A stretch of DNA of 64,000 nt from Nitrospira sp. (GTDB taxonomy: Bacteria > Nitrospirota > Nitrospiria > Nitrospirales > Nitrospiraceae), in contig AP038806.1 in the NCBI GenBank assembly GCA_047150005.1, positions 3,520,001 to 3,584,000 of the forward strand, given 5' to 3'. This document shows, piece by piece, positions 13,401-21,279 of the stretch (within the stretch, counting starts at the first letter, position 1; each line of letters opens with the position of its first letter). The translations under genes were made by a program, and so were the position numbers. The notes beneath the pieces were generated by a model. It was not told the DNA's origin. It saw only the letters and a list, made by a program, of their open reading frames with translations, and ran no database searches.

Positions 13401-13728
13401 GGATCAGGATTTTCAGATCCAGCGTCTCACGAAGGCGACCTTGGTCGCCGTGTCACGATACTGCGTGGAACCGATGGACGGCTGCATCGTCAATGTCGTC
13501 GCGTCCAGGAACATTGTCCGGGAAGGCGTGGCCGATACCCGCCATGAGTGGCAGGATTTGGGAGGCAATCATAGCGGCCGCATCTACCTTCCGGCCGAAA
13601 ATTCCGGCCGCATGTTCGTGTCTCCCTACGTGGAGGAATTGGCCGTCCACATGCAACACCGCTTCAGAGACAATCCCGATGCAAGGCAGACAGGGGAACA
13701 GGCGGACGCCGTGGGGGAGTCCCTATGA
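4492..13728 (+). CDS. Non-ribosomal peptide synthetase: FAAL-ACP-C-A-PCP-C-A-PCP-TE
   Basis: FAAL (YLQYTSGST, YGLAE, GRLKDLII), ACP GLDSL, two C domains, two A domains (YTSGSTG.PKG, YGPTE, YRTGD), PCPs GGHSL and GGHSF, terminal alpha/beta hydrolase. Confidence 0.95.
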   Translation: MLMQVPSSILRLDELFLWRCGRDPQGTAYAYVRDDLELGEHYTYEQLAGQVGRLAMQLRRHAEPGARALLLFSPGLDVVCAFWASILAGLVPVPAPPPDPLRSKNSLPGLLAILEDASVSLILTTSGVEATLAHLSAEIGVALPPSITLDQLQGPLSSEQQDQTPHAEQGSSIVYLQYTSGSTTRPRGVMISHGNVLAQCHGLTVSMSVGAGSRSLCWLPYFHDYGLVHGIIGPFYAGIPAFLMSPVTFIRRPLRWLEAVGRWKISHSGAPNFAYEACVQAATKRPDWTAELGGWAVASCGAEPIRSSTIEQFCEVFAPHGFKQTALMPAYGLAEATLVVTSAHVDEAPLLLSVAADKLELNRVEPKAGHGDGIRTLVGCGRPLPDVQIRIVNPTTLVDCPPGEVGEVWVSGPNVSEGYWNRTELNDETFVSAGQDRYLRTGDLGFQHAGQLFVAGRLKDLIILNGRNLYPQDLELAVEGCHVGLRRGGCAAFTIEAERAEQLMIVQELERVRDLDIDAVAISIRTAIAEFCGAPVHAVVFVRSGAIPRTSSGKIQRRACRAAYLTRTLAIVASHTATDLSDPASEGEARPPALAEDDREAALIHAFADCAGIAPDQVRMDRPMVGYGLDSLKVTLFKHRLESDFGIDVTFGQLFGQCTLRDLARMDNARVSSSRQPPNEADSQLPALRPCNLSPGQRRLWFIEQVHPGGALNHIVLAMRLCGLLDRGRLQDSLTELVRRHRLLRAGYSVVADEVQEQVMTAVDVRMRHFSLADLPTRSTDDEVRRWIKEETLVPFDLRTPPLLRALLLDRGPDEHILVLTVHRLIADGWSLRVLMRELAAIYNADGEARGLPLPSEQGYRDYVETQREGTSPEGASQLNYWKRLLAHYPSALQIPTDRIRPRVRRYLGGARYRTPGKSILEEIEPFCRREGVTKFMLLYAAFAVWLQRCARADDIAVGSVVANRRLSGWEQAIGYFANTVVLRLNLADVGTVRDLLSRSRSVVAGAYDHQDVPFERVVETLNAQGDGSPAVPFNVMIVWEDDPLADLAFRDIRASHLPVEDVAVEFDLTLLVLNRREGLELVMLYDKEIFDGSTIDRMLDQILVLAQTMVAHPAMLLADLPLMDEAGRRLVLEDWNATGAELACEDTIPDLLARQVEASPDHPAVVCGETRLSYRDLDVQSTALARVICGVTKGNPVRVGLCVERSVYSLVGLFSILKAGAAYVPVDPGAPEQRQRLIFEDAGVSLVITQRHLRMQLPFADDKVIELEGLQEPGASTRPTGPLSPIRPDQLAYIIYTSGSTGRPKGVEVTHRALQHSLAARLHYYGAGAERCLLTFPLAFDGSMTSIFWSTLYGGTLIVPPEDSARDADQLVALIARHAVTHMVLIPSLYEVMLRQGSPSLLQTLRVVVTAGESLLPDVVHRHYERLPNVSLYNEYGPTEATVWTTVYQTNGTEQGVRVPIGRPIANATIYLLNPSLQPVPVGVVGELYLGGSGLARGYHNQPELTRERFVDNPFRPGTRLYRTGDLGLFRQDGNIEFIGREDEQVKLRGYRIELGEVEANLRTLPGIHDAVAVVQAAPAAGPMLVAFVTTDHKPAPASSYLLGLLRRKVPSYMVPAAIVVLDALPLLPSGKVDRTALRQRIEATQPTGASPARPRDQIEQSLIELWSEILGRSGQDVHESFFTLGGHSLLASQVVSRVREVFRVELPIRSLFDDPTIAGLADRIRAEQSRVNARPPLPPIIPVSRAKPLPLSYSQQRMWFIQQLAPEATAYNLLFVSRQKGLLKVPILRQVVDLLSRRHEAFRTTFAMTAAGPVQRIAPWQSPHLVEIDLRRLSKELREQEARRIAQEEGRRPFDLERGPLARISVAKLDQDDHILILNLHHIVGDQWSFGILGRDFASFYNALSQDLPLPEMPLAVQYADYAVWQRRCLTDEVLKDQEDYWKQALADLPTVNLPTDYPRPSMQTFRGAYCSIDIPDSTIETLKKFGARNRVTSFMTMLACFQLLLSRYSGQTDIAIGSPIANRTQMAMEQLIGTFVNTLVIRLDQSGNPPFVELVERVKEASLGAFTNQDYPFDRLVDTLQTARDPSMAPLIQVLFNMVNAPIGDIQLYGLKWEPFEVDPGSAQFDLSLTVELEVAKKAYLTFNTDLFKRETAVRLLRHFLTLLHDAVERPDAHISELSMLGKPERTQLLMEWNRTAAPYPHTQCLPEIFEAQVQRTPDAVAVSMDGTGLSYHDLNVTANRLARQLVRAGVQPKTIVGLCLDRSVEMVAGLLAIMKAGGCYVPLDPDYPRDRLRFMIEDSSAPVVLTTSALAERFVGQRCRPICLDREAAAVRHEADDNLAPMATAQDLAYVLYTSGSTGHPKGVQIRHGSLMNFLWAMKRQPGCTAGDVMLSVTTLSFDIAALELYLPLLVGGRVELVSRAVAMDGWRLMRALETVQPTIMQATPATWRLLLESGWSGSSALTALCGGEALPPDLASQLLKRTKALWNMYGPTETTVWSTMERVTPDEAEITIGRPIANTEVYVLDARLHPVPIGVPGELFIGGAGLAQGYHRRPDLTRDRFIPHPFSSDPEARMYRTGDLARYREDGKLIHMGRLDTQVKVRGFRIELEEIQSVLSRHPKIRQTVITTRADQHGLNQLAAYVVAADGAVPAADELRAYARAFMPEYMVPSYFVMVDRLPLTANNKIDVRALPAPETSRGAEGVARVAPRNGMELQLTALWQQVLGVQEIGIHDNFFDLGGHSFKAAQLFFQLEAVFGKQLPLATLFQAPTIADLAAVLTQANWTPPWQSLVAIQADGDSTPLFMVPGVGGNVLVFAKLAKLLGANQPIYGLQARGLDGKEAPFTSVPDMAAHYVQAIKQIHQQGPFLIAGVCTGGLIAYEMARQLRAEKKETTIFMLDTWHPDSYTSYRRRLVNPVFMGAVVLGKICSDIRAIVHLPLREWWPTMRRKGQVLKGLIDQSVTEHIMDQDFQIQRLTKATLVAVSRYCVEPMDGCIVNVVASRNIVREGVADTRHEWQDLGGNHSGRIYLPAENSGRMFVSPYVEELAVHMQHRFRDNPDARQTGEQADAVGESL

Positions 13729-15395
13729 CGTTGCATTTTCCCCGCTTCTTGTACTTTTTGGTGCAGCGGTCCAGATCTATTCTATTGACGATGGTGGGCG
13801 TCGGCGTGCTCTCCGGCTTGTGCAGCGCGGCCGTGCTGGCGCTGATCAACCGGGTCCTCCAGCACCGCCAAGACGAAGGCGCGCTTCTGGCGGTCGGCTT
13901 CATCGGCGTCGTCATGGGAAAGTTGCTCACGCAAATCGCCTCGCAGCTGATGTTGACCCGTTTTTCCCAGGACATGACGTTGGAGCTCTCCCTCAAGCTG
14001 TGCGACAAGATTCTGAAATCGCCGTTCCATCGCATTGAAGCGCAAGGTCCATCGAATATCCTGGTCACGCTCAGCGACGACGTCAGCATGCTGGCCTGGT
14101 CGATCCAATGCTTGCCGAATTTGGCGATGAACGGCGCGATCGTTGCCGGGTGCGGAATCTATCTCGCGTGGTTGTCCTTGCCGACGTTCCTCCTCGTCGT
14201 CACGGCCACCATGTTGGGTGCGTGGGGTTATCGTTGGCTGCATATGAGGGCGTTCGCGACGATCTATTCCTCCCGCGAGGCGCGCGCGCAACTTTTCCGG
14301 CAACTTCGCTCGCTGACAGAGGGCATCAAGGAGTTGATGATGCATCGCCGGCGCCGGAAGGAGTATCTTGATCTGGAGCTGTACGGAGCGGCTGATCGAT
14401 GCCGGGTCAGCAGTATCGAGGCGTCCCGACAGTACGCATTCGCCGAAGCCTGGTCCCAATTGGCGTTCTATGCGATGATCGGCGTGATTCTGTTCGTCTT
14501 TCCCCTCCTGTTTTCGCTGTCTCCTGAATCGCTGATCGGCTACGTGGTCGTGCTGCTTTATATGATGGCGCCGATCTGGGGCATCATCGGTGTGTTGCCG
14601 ACGCTGGAAAAAGGACAGGTCGCGTTCGACAATATTCAGAAACTCGGCGTCTCGCTCGACGAATGGGTCAAGCCGGACGTCGTTGATTCGGATGAGGAGC
14701 CGCATGCGAGTCCCGTCGTCGAACTGCGTGGAGTCGTCTTCACCTATGCGAGCGACGTCCGGCGAGAGCATTGTTTTTCGCTCGGGCCGATCGACATCGA
14801 GATCGAACCCGGGGAACTCGTCTTCGTCATCGGTGGAAACGGCAGCGGGAAATCAACCTTTGTCAAAGTCCTCTCCGGGCTGTATCCTCCCCAGCAAGGA
14901 GAGATTCGTCTCGGCGGGCGGGTCGTCACCGACGTCAATCGGGCCTGGTATCGTGAGCACTATTCCGTGGTGTTTTCGGATTTTTACCTGTTCGATAAGT
15001 TGCTCGGCCTCGATGAACCGTCGGTCGAAGCCGAGGCGCATTCGTATCTCACCCGGCTGCAGATCGACCACAAGGTCACCATCAGCGGGCGTACATTCTC
15101 GACGACCGAACTCTCGCAGGGACAACGCAAACGACTGGCGCTTGTGACCGCCTATCTGGAGAATCGGGCGATCTATATCTTCGACGAATGGGCGGCCGAT
15201 CAGGATCCTGAGTACAAAGAAGTCTTCTATCGGCAACTGTTGCCGGATCTGCGGGCCCGCGGCAAGAGCGTCGTCGTCATCACGCACGACGACCGGTATT
15301 TTTATCTGGGCGACCGGGTCGTCAAGTTGGAGGAAGGACGCATCGTCGACGCCAGCATGGCCGGATTGCCGGCTCGTCCGACCGTGAGATCATAA
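13725..15395 (+). CDS. Cyclic peptide export ABC transporter (PvdE/SyrD/YojI type)
   Basis: TM domain plus GGNGSGKST, LSQGQRKRLAL, FDEWAADQDP, ITHDDRY. ATGA overlap with the NRPS stop. Confidence 0.92.
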   Translation: MTLHFPRFLYFLVQRSRSILLTMVGVGVLSGLCSAAVLALINRVLQHRQDEGALLAVGFIGVVMGKLLTQIASQLMLTRFSQDMTLELSLKLCDKILKSPFHRIEAQGPSNILVTLSDDVSMLAWSIQCLPNLAMNGAIVAGCGIYLAWLSLPTFLLVVTATMLGAWGYRWLHMRAFATIYSSREARAQLFRQLRSLTEGIKELMMHRRRRKEYLDLELYGAADRCRVSSIEASRQYAFAEAWSQLAFYAMIGVILFVFPLLFSLSPESLIGYVVVLLYMMAPIWGIIGVLPTLEKGQVAFDNIQKLGVSLDEWVKPDVVDSDEEPHASPVVELRGVVFTYASDVRREHCFSLGPIDIEIEPGELVFVIGGNGSGKSTFVKVLSGLYPPQQGEIRLGGRVVTDVNRAWYREHYSVVFSDFYLFDKLLGLDEPSVEAEAHSYLTRLQIDHKVTISGRTFSTTELSQGQRKRLALVTAYLENRAIYIFDEWAADQDPEYKEVFYRQLLPDLRARGKSVVVITHDDRYFYLGDRVVKLEEGRIVDASMAGLPARPTVRS

Positions 15396-15398
15396 GCC

Positions 15399-16181
15399 AT
15401 GAACGGGCACGTGCCGGTCCGTCCCCCGTCCATTCCCTTGACTCCCTCCCACCGTATCCTCGACACGCTGGAACCCAGCCTGCGGATCGAAGCGGACGGC
15501 ACCATTCATGTCTGGCAATGCAGTCTGGACGACGCCGACTCATGTCTTGATCGGTTCCACTCCTATCTCGACGCAGAAGAACGATTGCGCGCGTCGCGCT
15601 TTGTTCACGAAATGGACAGACGACGATATATCGCGGCTCATGGGTGTCTCCGAGCATTGCTCGCCCGATATGCCGGAAAGCCACCCGCCGCTTTGCCGCT
15701 TGGACGGAGTCGGGAAGGCAAGCCGATGTTGCTGCAAGGGTCCGGTTTCGCCGCCGTCTCTTTCAATATGTCCCATTCGCATGGCCGGATGTTTTTGGCG
15801 GTCGCGAAGCATCGGGAGGTGGGGGCGGATCTGGAGCTGGTGCGCGAGGATGTCGAGACGCTCAAGCTGGCCGAACGGTTCTACACGCGGGCGGAATATG
15901 CCGCCCTTACGGCGCAGCCGTCGGCGCAGCAGACACTCCGCTTCTTTCAGTATTGGGTGGCAAAAGAAGCGGTTCTGAAGGGGCAGGGGAGAGGTCTCCC
16001 TTCGTTGGGAGAGTGTGAAGTCGACTTCAGCGTCCGGGAACCGCAGACTGAGATCCGCATTCTTGCCGGCTCCAACATGGACAAAGGATGGCGTGTCCAG
16101 TGGCCGTTATGCGGACTTGGATGGACCGCCGCCGTCGCGTACCGTGGAACGGCGATCCTGCAAGGGATGCCGGAACGATAG
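15399..16181 (+). CDS. 4'-phosphopantetheinyl transferase (Sfp type)
   Basis: GKP, FNMSHS, VGADLE and WVAKEAVLK motifs; directly downstream of the NRPS and exporter. Confidence 0.92.
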   Translation: MNGHVPVRPPSIPLTPSHRILDTLEPSLRIEADGTIHVWQCSLDDADSCLDRFHSYLDAEERLRASRFVHEMDRRRYIAAHGCLRALLARYAGKPPAALPLGRSREGKPMLLQGSGFAAVSFNMSHSHGRMFLAVAKHREVGADLELVREDVETLKLAERFYTRAEYAALTAQPSAQQTLRFFQYWVAKEAVLKGQGRGLPSLGECEVDFSVREPQTEIRILAGSNMDKGWRVQWPLCGLGWTAAVAYRGTAILQGMPER

Positions 16182-16200
16182 CGTCCTCACCTTCCATCGA

Positions 16201-16674
16201 CTATCCCGCGTTCCGCAACCCTCGAAAGAATTTCTGTAGCAGAGCTTGGCTTTCCGCTTCGAGGACGCGCCCCGTCACGGCCACATGGTGATTGAGACGG
16301 GGGTTACTGGTGAAATCAAGGACGGATCCGCAGGCGCCGGCCTTCGGATCACTGGCGCCGAAGACTACGCGCGGAATTCTGGCGAGGATGACGGCGCCGA
16401 GACACATCGGGCAGGGCTCGACCGTCACGTACAACGTCGTATCGAGCAGCCGCCAGGTCCCGGATAGTTTGGCGGCCTCCCGGATGGCAATCAGTTCGGC
16501 ATGTGCGGTCGGGTCTTGCCAGCTTTCGCGGAAGTTATGCGAGGAGGCGAGCACCTCCATCCCCTGCACCAGTACCGCGGCGATCGGAACTTCTCCGACC
16601 GCGGTCGCGCGTGCGGCAAGGGCCAGCGCCATCCTCATGAAATGCGCGTCTTGATCGACGGAGGAATCCGGCAT
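16201..16674 (-). CDS. tadA: tRNA adenosine(34) deaminase
   Basis: GEVPIAAV, DPTAHAE, TVEPCPMC, GASDPKAGACGS. Start chosen at MPDSS. Confidence 0.93.
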   Translation of the reverse strand: MPDSSVDQDAHFMRMALALAARATAVGEVPIAAVLVQGMEVLASSHNFRESWQDPTAHAELIAIREAAKLSGTWRLLDTTLYVTVEPCPMCLGAVILARIPRVVFGASDPKAGACGSVLDFTSNPRLNHHVAVTGRVLEAESQALLQKFFRGLRNAG

Positions 16675-16768
16675 GCGGTGTGTCCGGGTCACGTGCCTCA
16701 CGACAAGGCTTCTCACGAGCGGTTGTAGCGGGCTTCACAGGGAGCGTCAAGAGGAGGATAGGCGGGGA

Positions 16769-17788
16769 TCACGACTGACTGACCAGATACAGAGCTCCGG
16801 TCGGCTGCGGTCGCCCGCCCGGAGGTTCCAAACTTACTGCGAACTTCTTGGTTCGTTCGAAATCGGGAAGGCGCTTGACCATGAGATGTGCGGTTTCTCC
16901 CGAGTCCATATGGAAGGTGCCGAGGCTCTTGGGTTTTTGGTCGATCGCCCACAGCTGATACATCGTCCCGTTGAGGCATTCCGGAAGATTGACCGCATAC
17001 AGCCATACTTTTTGGGTTTTGGCATCATACAGGAGAATGCCGGACGCATTCCTGGCCATCTCCGATCCGCCCAACGACACCACGCGGATGTTCGGCTGCC
17101 TCAGAAGCACCGCCAACTCATCCTGCGGAGTTCGTGCGCGCCCAGCCACGGTCGTCCGCGATGCGAGTTGCTGCTCCAAGCCCTCAAGTTCGGTCTCCCG
17201 TGCGATGAGTTGCTCCTTCAATTCCGCGATATCATGCGCGCGGCGCTCGCTGTCCCGCTCCAGTGCGGCGAAGGACCGGTCCCGCTCGGCGATGACCCGC
17301 TGCAGGCTCACGAGCTTGGTCGTTTGATCCTGCAGCGCGACTTCCAATTGCTCTATTTTGGCGGTGTCGGACGACAGTCGAGTCGTAAACGTCCATCCCA
17401 GATAGCCTGCAACCGTGACCAGCAGCACCGCGGCGATGCCGATTGCCCACGGCAGGGAGACCGAGCGGGCCGGTGTGATGGGCGGGAACAGGTGATTCAT
17501 CCACTCGCCTGGTTCGAGACTCGGTTTCGGTTCGTCCGTCTGCCCGTCCTCAAGGGCCGCCGCGACCGGATTGCGGGATGCCATGATTTTCGCCTTGAGC
17601 GTGCGAACCGGCGCAGTCTGAACCAGACCGAGCGGCAGTATCGCCGCAACTGCCTGATATTCCTTTAAGGCATGATGGCAGGATGCGCATCCAGACAGGA
17701 GATGCGCCTCCAATGTTTGGCGCTCGGCTCGATCCAACGCACCGGTGGCATACAGCGGCACGGTGTCTTCTATTTCTTCATGAGTCAT
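16769..17788 (-). CDS. Anti-sigma factor, RskA-like, with ZAS motif and coiled coil
   Basis: HLLSGCASC zinc motif, TM helix, coiled coil, YQLW and FAVSLEPPGG..PTG RskA motifs. Confidence 0.85.
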   Translation of the reverse strand: MTHEEIEDTVPLYATGALDRAERQTLEAHLLSGCASCHHALKEYQAVAAILPLGLVQTAPVRTLKAKIMASRNPVAAALEDGQTDEPKPSLEPGEWMNHLFPPITPARSVSLPWAIGIAAVLLVTVAGYLGWTFTTRLSSDTAKIEQLEVALQDQTTKLVSLQRVIAERDRSFAALERDSERRAHDIAELKEQLIARETELEGLEQQLASRTTVAGRARTPQDELAVLLRQPNIRVVSLGGSEMARNASGILLYDAKTQKVWLYAVNLPECLNGTMYQLWAIDQKPKSLGTFHMDSGETAHLMVKRLPDFERTKKFAVSLEPPGGRPQPTGALYLVSQS

Positions 17789-18387
17789 TCGTCATCACCC
17801 TGATCCCAGCAGTAACGGAGCGTGTCCCGCAGTTTGGACATGCCGAGCTTGATGCGTGTCTTGACCGTTCCGAGGGGTTGATTCAACCGTGCGGCGATTT
17901 CCATGTGGGATAGGCCTTCATAATACGCCAATTCGATCGCCTGCTGCTGGGCGGCCGGCAGACTCGCCATGGCCGACCCGACGGCAAGCCGCAGTTCCTG
18001 ATCCGCCTGAGTTTCGAACGGGCTGGGCCTCGTATCCTTGATCTGTGAGGCCGCGTCCTGCTCCAGCGAGGCGGTCGTCTGTTGACCGCGCGCCGCTCTC
18101 GCCCGCAGACGATCAATGGCGCGGCTTCGGGTCAACGTAATCAGCCATGCCACTGGCGTGCCTCGCCCCACGTCGTAGCGGGCCACTTTTCTCCAGACCT
18201 CCAAGTAGACGTCCTGGAGCAATTCCTCGGCATCTTCGCGGCTGCCGAGAATGCGGAGGGCGAGGGTATAGAGCAAGGTGCTCGACAGATCATAGAGTTG
18301 GCTGAATGCTTGCTGGTCCCCCTTGACGATGCGGGCGAACAGCGCCGGGTCGATCGTCGAGGTCGCGCGTCGAGCAGGTGTATCCAT
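17785..18387 (-). CDS. ECF RNA polymerase sigma factor (SigK-like)
   Basis: DAEELLQDVY, RSRAIDRLR, AYYEGLSH.EIA..LGTVKTRIK; coupled to an RskA-type anti-sigma. Confidence 0.9.
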   Translation of the reverse strand: MDTPARRATSTIDPALFARIVKGDQQAFSQLYDLSSTLLYTLALRILGSREDAEELLQDVYLEVWRKVARYDVGRGTPVAWLITLTRSRAIDRLRARAARGQQTTASLEQDAASQIKDTRPSPFETQADQELRLAVGSAMASLPAAQQQAIELAYYEGLSHMEIAARLNQPLGTVKTRIKLGMSKLRDTLRYCWDQGDDE

Positions 18388-18513
18388 ACGTTGGAATCAG
18401 ACGGTAGGCCTGAGATGAGATCACCTCTCGCCCGCAACCACTATAGCATCTACGAACGGATTGACCAAAAAGATCTGTATTTAAATATTGGAGAACGTTG
18501 ACGAAAAGTTCGA

Positions 18514-19617
18514 TCAGCCGGCGGAAGGTCCAGGGAGTTCGAAGTAGCAGGCCAGATAGCGGGCGGCATCGGCTGCACCGCTGAAGGAAGGCGCCGCCGC
18601 CGGCATGTATTGGTATTCGACGGCCTCAAAGGCTTCCTCCCATCGCCCAGCCTGAAAGTCCTCGCGCGATAGCTCGCACGAGCGGCCGTACTGCCCGAGA
18701 AACTCGACCAAAGGTTGTTCATCGGCGAAATTGTAGCGCCGAACGTAGACCACGGGGACGCGGGCCGCGACGGCTTCCACCACGGTGCCGTATCCCGGCT
18801 TCGTCATGATCACGTCGACCGATGGAATGAGCGATCGGAAGCTGTAGGGCAGCGAGCCGAGGGAGCAGATCCGCGACGACCGGCGGGTGATCGGAGCATC
18901 CACAATGAAGCGGTATCCAGGCATGGCTTCCATGGCCTCCCAAGGAAGGGAGGTCAACGGAACGCCTCCGAAGCCGACCAGCACCAGCCGGTCATCGTCG
19001 AGAAGTTCTAATCGCTTCCGTAGCGCATTACGCACTGGAACGGCCGGTTCCGACACGGTGGCGATATCCGTCACGTTATGGAGGGGTGAGAGAGGCAGCC
19101 CTGGGGCGATGCGGAGGGCTGAACCGGCCGTGGCGTAATGGCTGCCGATCTGGGCCAGGATGTCACGCTGGTCCGGCCTGCTCCCATCAATGAAGGGAGT
19201 CAGGATCTCGTGCCACGTGAGATTGGCCAGGCAGACGGTCGGAACTTCGGCTTCCGCGCCGGCACGGAGAGCCAAATACGGCGTGTCCGCCACAATCACG
19301 CGCGGACCAGCCGAGCGAATCGCCTCCACTTCCCGTCGCAGGCGTGATGACCAGTCGGCATGAAACCCGGCGTGAGCCTCCCAGGTGGCGGCCACGTCGA
19401 TATGCATCGGCCCTTGCTGGATGCAGCCGATGTCCTGTTGAACCGGCTGAAGGGTCCAGGGAACTCTCAGACGGTCCGTAAAGAACGAAGCCGGTACGAG
19501 GGTCCGTAGAATGACCGCGAGATTCGGGACTATAGCGCTCAACGCATTGAGCACCGGAACGACCTGAGCGGCGTGGCCGTAACCGTGTCCTGAAATCGCT
19601 GCCCAGATTATCGGCAT
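18514..19617 (-). CDS. GT-B glycosyltransferase-like protein
   Basis: ISGHGYGHA N-terminal motif and DVIMTKPGYGTVVEA C-terminal motif. Confidence 0.7.
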   Translation of the reverse strand: MPIIWAAISGHGYGHAAQVVPVLNALSAIVPNLAVILRTLVPASFFTDRLRVPWTLQPVQQDIGCIQQGPMHIDVAATWEAHAGFHADWSSRLRREVEAIRSAGPRVIVADTPYLALRAGAEAEVPTVCLANLTWHEILTPFIDGSRPDQRDILAQIGSHYATAGSALRIAPGLPLSPLHNVTDIATVSEPAVPVRNALRKRLELLDDDRLVLVGFGGVPLTSLPWEAMEAMPGYRFIVDAPITRRSSRICSLGSLPYSFRSLIPSVDVIMTKPGYGTVVEAVAARVPVVYVRRYNFADEQPLVEFLGQYGRSCELSREDFQAGRWEEAFEAVEYQYMPAAAPSFSGAADAARYLACYFELPGPSAG

Positions 19618-19824
19618 GAGGACGTCGTGAACCGGGTCAGGACGGATACAGGATATGCGAGAGCGGATGCAGGATGCGCCGGCGTGGAAGGCCACCGGCT
19701 TCCGAAGACATGGGTGGAGAAAGGTGGGAAAGGCGACAGGGCACGGCGCGGACTCTTGAGTGTGAGCAGCAGGTGTCCGAGCCGCAACATCGGCGAGGAG
19801 CGCCTGGCTTCAACTGTTGGAGTA

Positions 19825-20658
19825 GAACCTATCTCAAAATGGTTGTGCTCATCAGAAAAGTGCCTATAATGCGCCCGCATGTTGCGCCTGCGCGACGACC
19901 AATGGGAGCGGATTCGGGAACATTTTCCCGAGGAACACATTCCCGAAGGCCGGCCCGGCCGCAAACCCGTGCCCGCCCGCGCGGTCTTGGAGGCCGTGCT
20001 GTGGATTCTGAACACCGGGGCGCAGTGGCACATGCTGCCGCAGTGCTATCCCAACTACAAAACGGTTCATCGCCGATTTCAGCAGTGGTGCGAACGCGAG
20101 GTGCTGCGCGAGATTCTCACGCAGTTGGCGAATACGCTGCGCGACGAGGGCGCCATCGACGAGCGCGAGAGTTTCATCGACGCGACGTTCGCGGCCGCCA
20201 AGGGCGGGGGCGACGCGGTGGGGCTCACGAAACGCGGCAAAGGCGTGAAGATCCTGGCGATTGTGGATCGTCATGGGTTGCCGCTCTCGGTCAGTACGCA
20301 CGCGGCCAATCATCATGAGGTCACATTGGTCCAACTCAGTTTCGACTTCTACATGCTGGAGGCCAAGCCCGAGCATCTCATCGGCGATCGGGCCTATGAC
20401 AGCGATGGGCTCGATGACGACCTCAAGCAAGGCGGCGTGAACCTGATCGCGCCGCACCGGTCCACCCGCAAACTCAAGACCCAGGACGGGCGCCACTTGC
20501 GCCGGTACCAACGCCGCTGGCTCGTCGAACGGTTCTTTGCGTGGCTCCAATGGAAGCGGCGGTTACTCGTACGTTGGGAATATTACGCCTCAAACTTCCT
20601 GGGGTTTGTGCAGCTCGCATCGATTACCATGCTCCTAAAGCAATTTTGAGATAGGTTC
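19825..20658 (+). mobile_element. IS5-family insertion sequence, about 834 bp
   Basis: Perfect 16-bp terminal IRs GAACCTATCTCAAAAT (19825-19840) and ATTTTGAGATAGGTTC (20643-20658), flanked by TA (19823-24 and 20659-60). Confidence 0.93.
19879..20649 (+). CDS. IS5 family transposase
   Basis: LRDDQWERI, TGAQWHMLP, IDAT, GDRAYDS, RWLVERFFAWL; single intact frame. Confidence 0.95.
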   Translation: MLRLRDDQWERIREHFPEEHIPEGRPGRKPVPARAVLEAVLWILNTGAQWHMLPQCYPNYKTVHRRFQQWCEREVLREILTQLANTLRDEGAIDERESFIDATFAAAKGGGDAVGLTKRGKGVKILAIVDRHGLPLSVSTHAANHHEVTLVQLSFDFYMLEAKPEHLIGDRAYDSDGLDDDLKQGGVNLIAPHRSTRKLKTQDGRHLRRYQRRWLVERFFAWLQWKRRLLVRWEYYASNFLGFVQLASITMLLKQF

Positions 20659-20846
20659 TAGTCTGATTCAAGGGGAGCGATGTTGTATTCCAACTCGAGA
20701 TCGAATTCTTCGACCAGCTGGTTGAAGGCCTGCGCCCCCATGTCGGAGCGGACCTCGTTCATAACGAGATCAATGACGGGAGCCGCATGCGGTCCGTACT
20801 GCGTCACGGCCGATTCGATCCGTTTCCTGGCGTCGTCGATCGTCAT
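20658..20846 (-). CDS. Small hypothetical protein, C-terminus clipped by IS5
   Basis: 62-aa ORF in an operon-like position after the TPR gene; its stop codon is formed at the IS junction. Confidence 0.65.
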   Translation of the reverse strand: MTIDDARKRIESAVTQYGPHAAPVIDLVMNEVRSDMGAQAFNQLVEEFDLELEYNIAPLESD

Positions 20847-20864
20847 GATCTCACCGAATTCACG

Positions 20865-21182
20865 TCAAGGCAGCGTTCGAAGCAAAGCCTGCATCTCCGG
20901 TACCAGATCGACTCCGCCGTTGGACCGGCCGGACAGCGCCGCGTCGATCCCGGCCCGCAAAGCCGATTTGGCCTCATCCGGCTTGTTGAGTCCGATCAGC
21001 GCGCGTCCAAGCGCGAGGTGTGAGGCAACGTGGACCGGGTCCAATTGCACCGCCACCTTCAGATGGGTCGCGGCTTCCTCGTAACTGCCCTTTTCTTGGA
21101 GAAGTTTGTTTCCCAATCCATATCGGCCGAGGAATCCATTGGGATTCTTGGCCACCATCCGGCGAAAGGCTTCGATATCCAT
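20865..21182 (-). CDS. Tetratricopeptide repeat protein
   Basis: TPR pattern (RYGLG...EEAATHLKVAVQLDP..ASHLALGRAL). Confidence 0.8.
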   Translation of the reverse strand: MDIEAFRRMVAKNPNGFLGRYGLGNKLLQEKGSYEEAATHLKVAVQLDPVHVASHLALGRALIGLNKPDEAKSALRAGIDAALSGRSNGGVDLVPEMQALLRTLP

Positions 21183-21279
21183 GCGGGGTCTCCGTTCCGG
21201 CGCATCATACCATCGGCGCGGTGCTGCGGCCAGTCCCTACATGCTGTCTCCGACGGAAACGGGAAGACCTCGCGCGAAG

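Noticed and set aside
4492..15395. Pyoverdine cluster (pvdL/pvdE names)
   Set aside because: Only two modules with a terminal TE, and no chromophore-tailoring or receptor genes, so symbols were not assigned.
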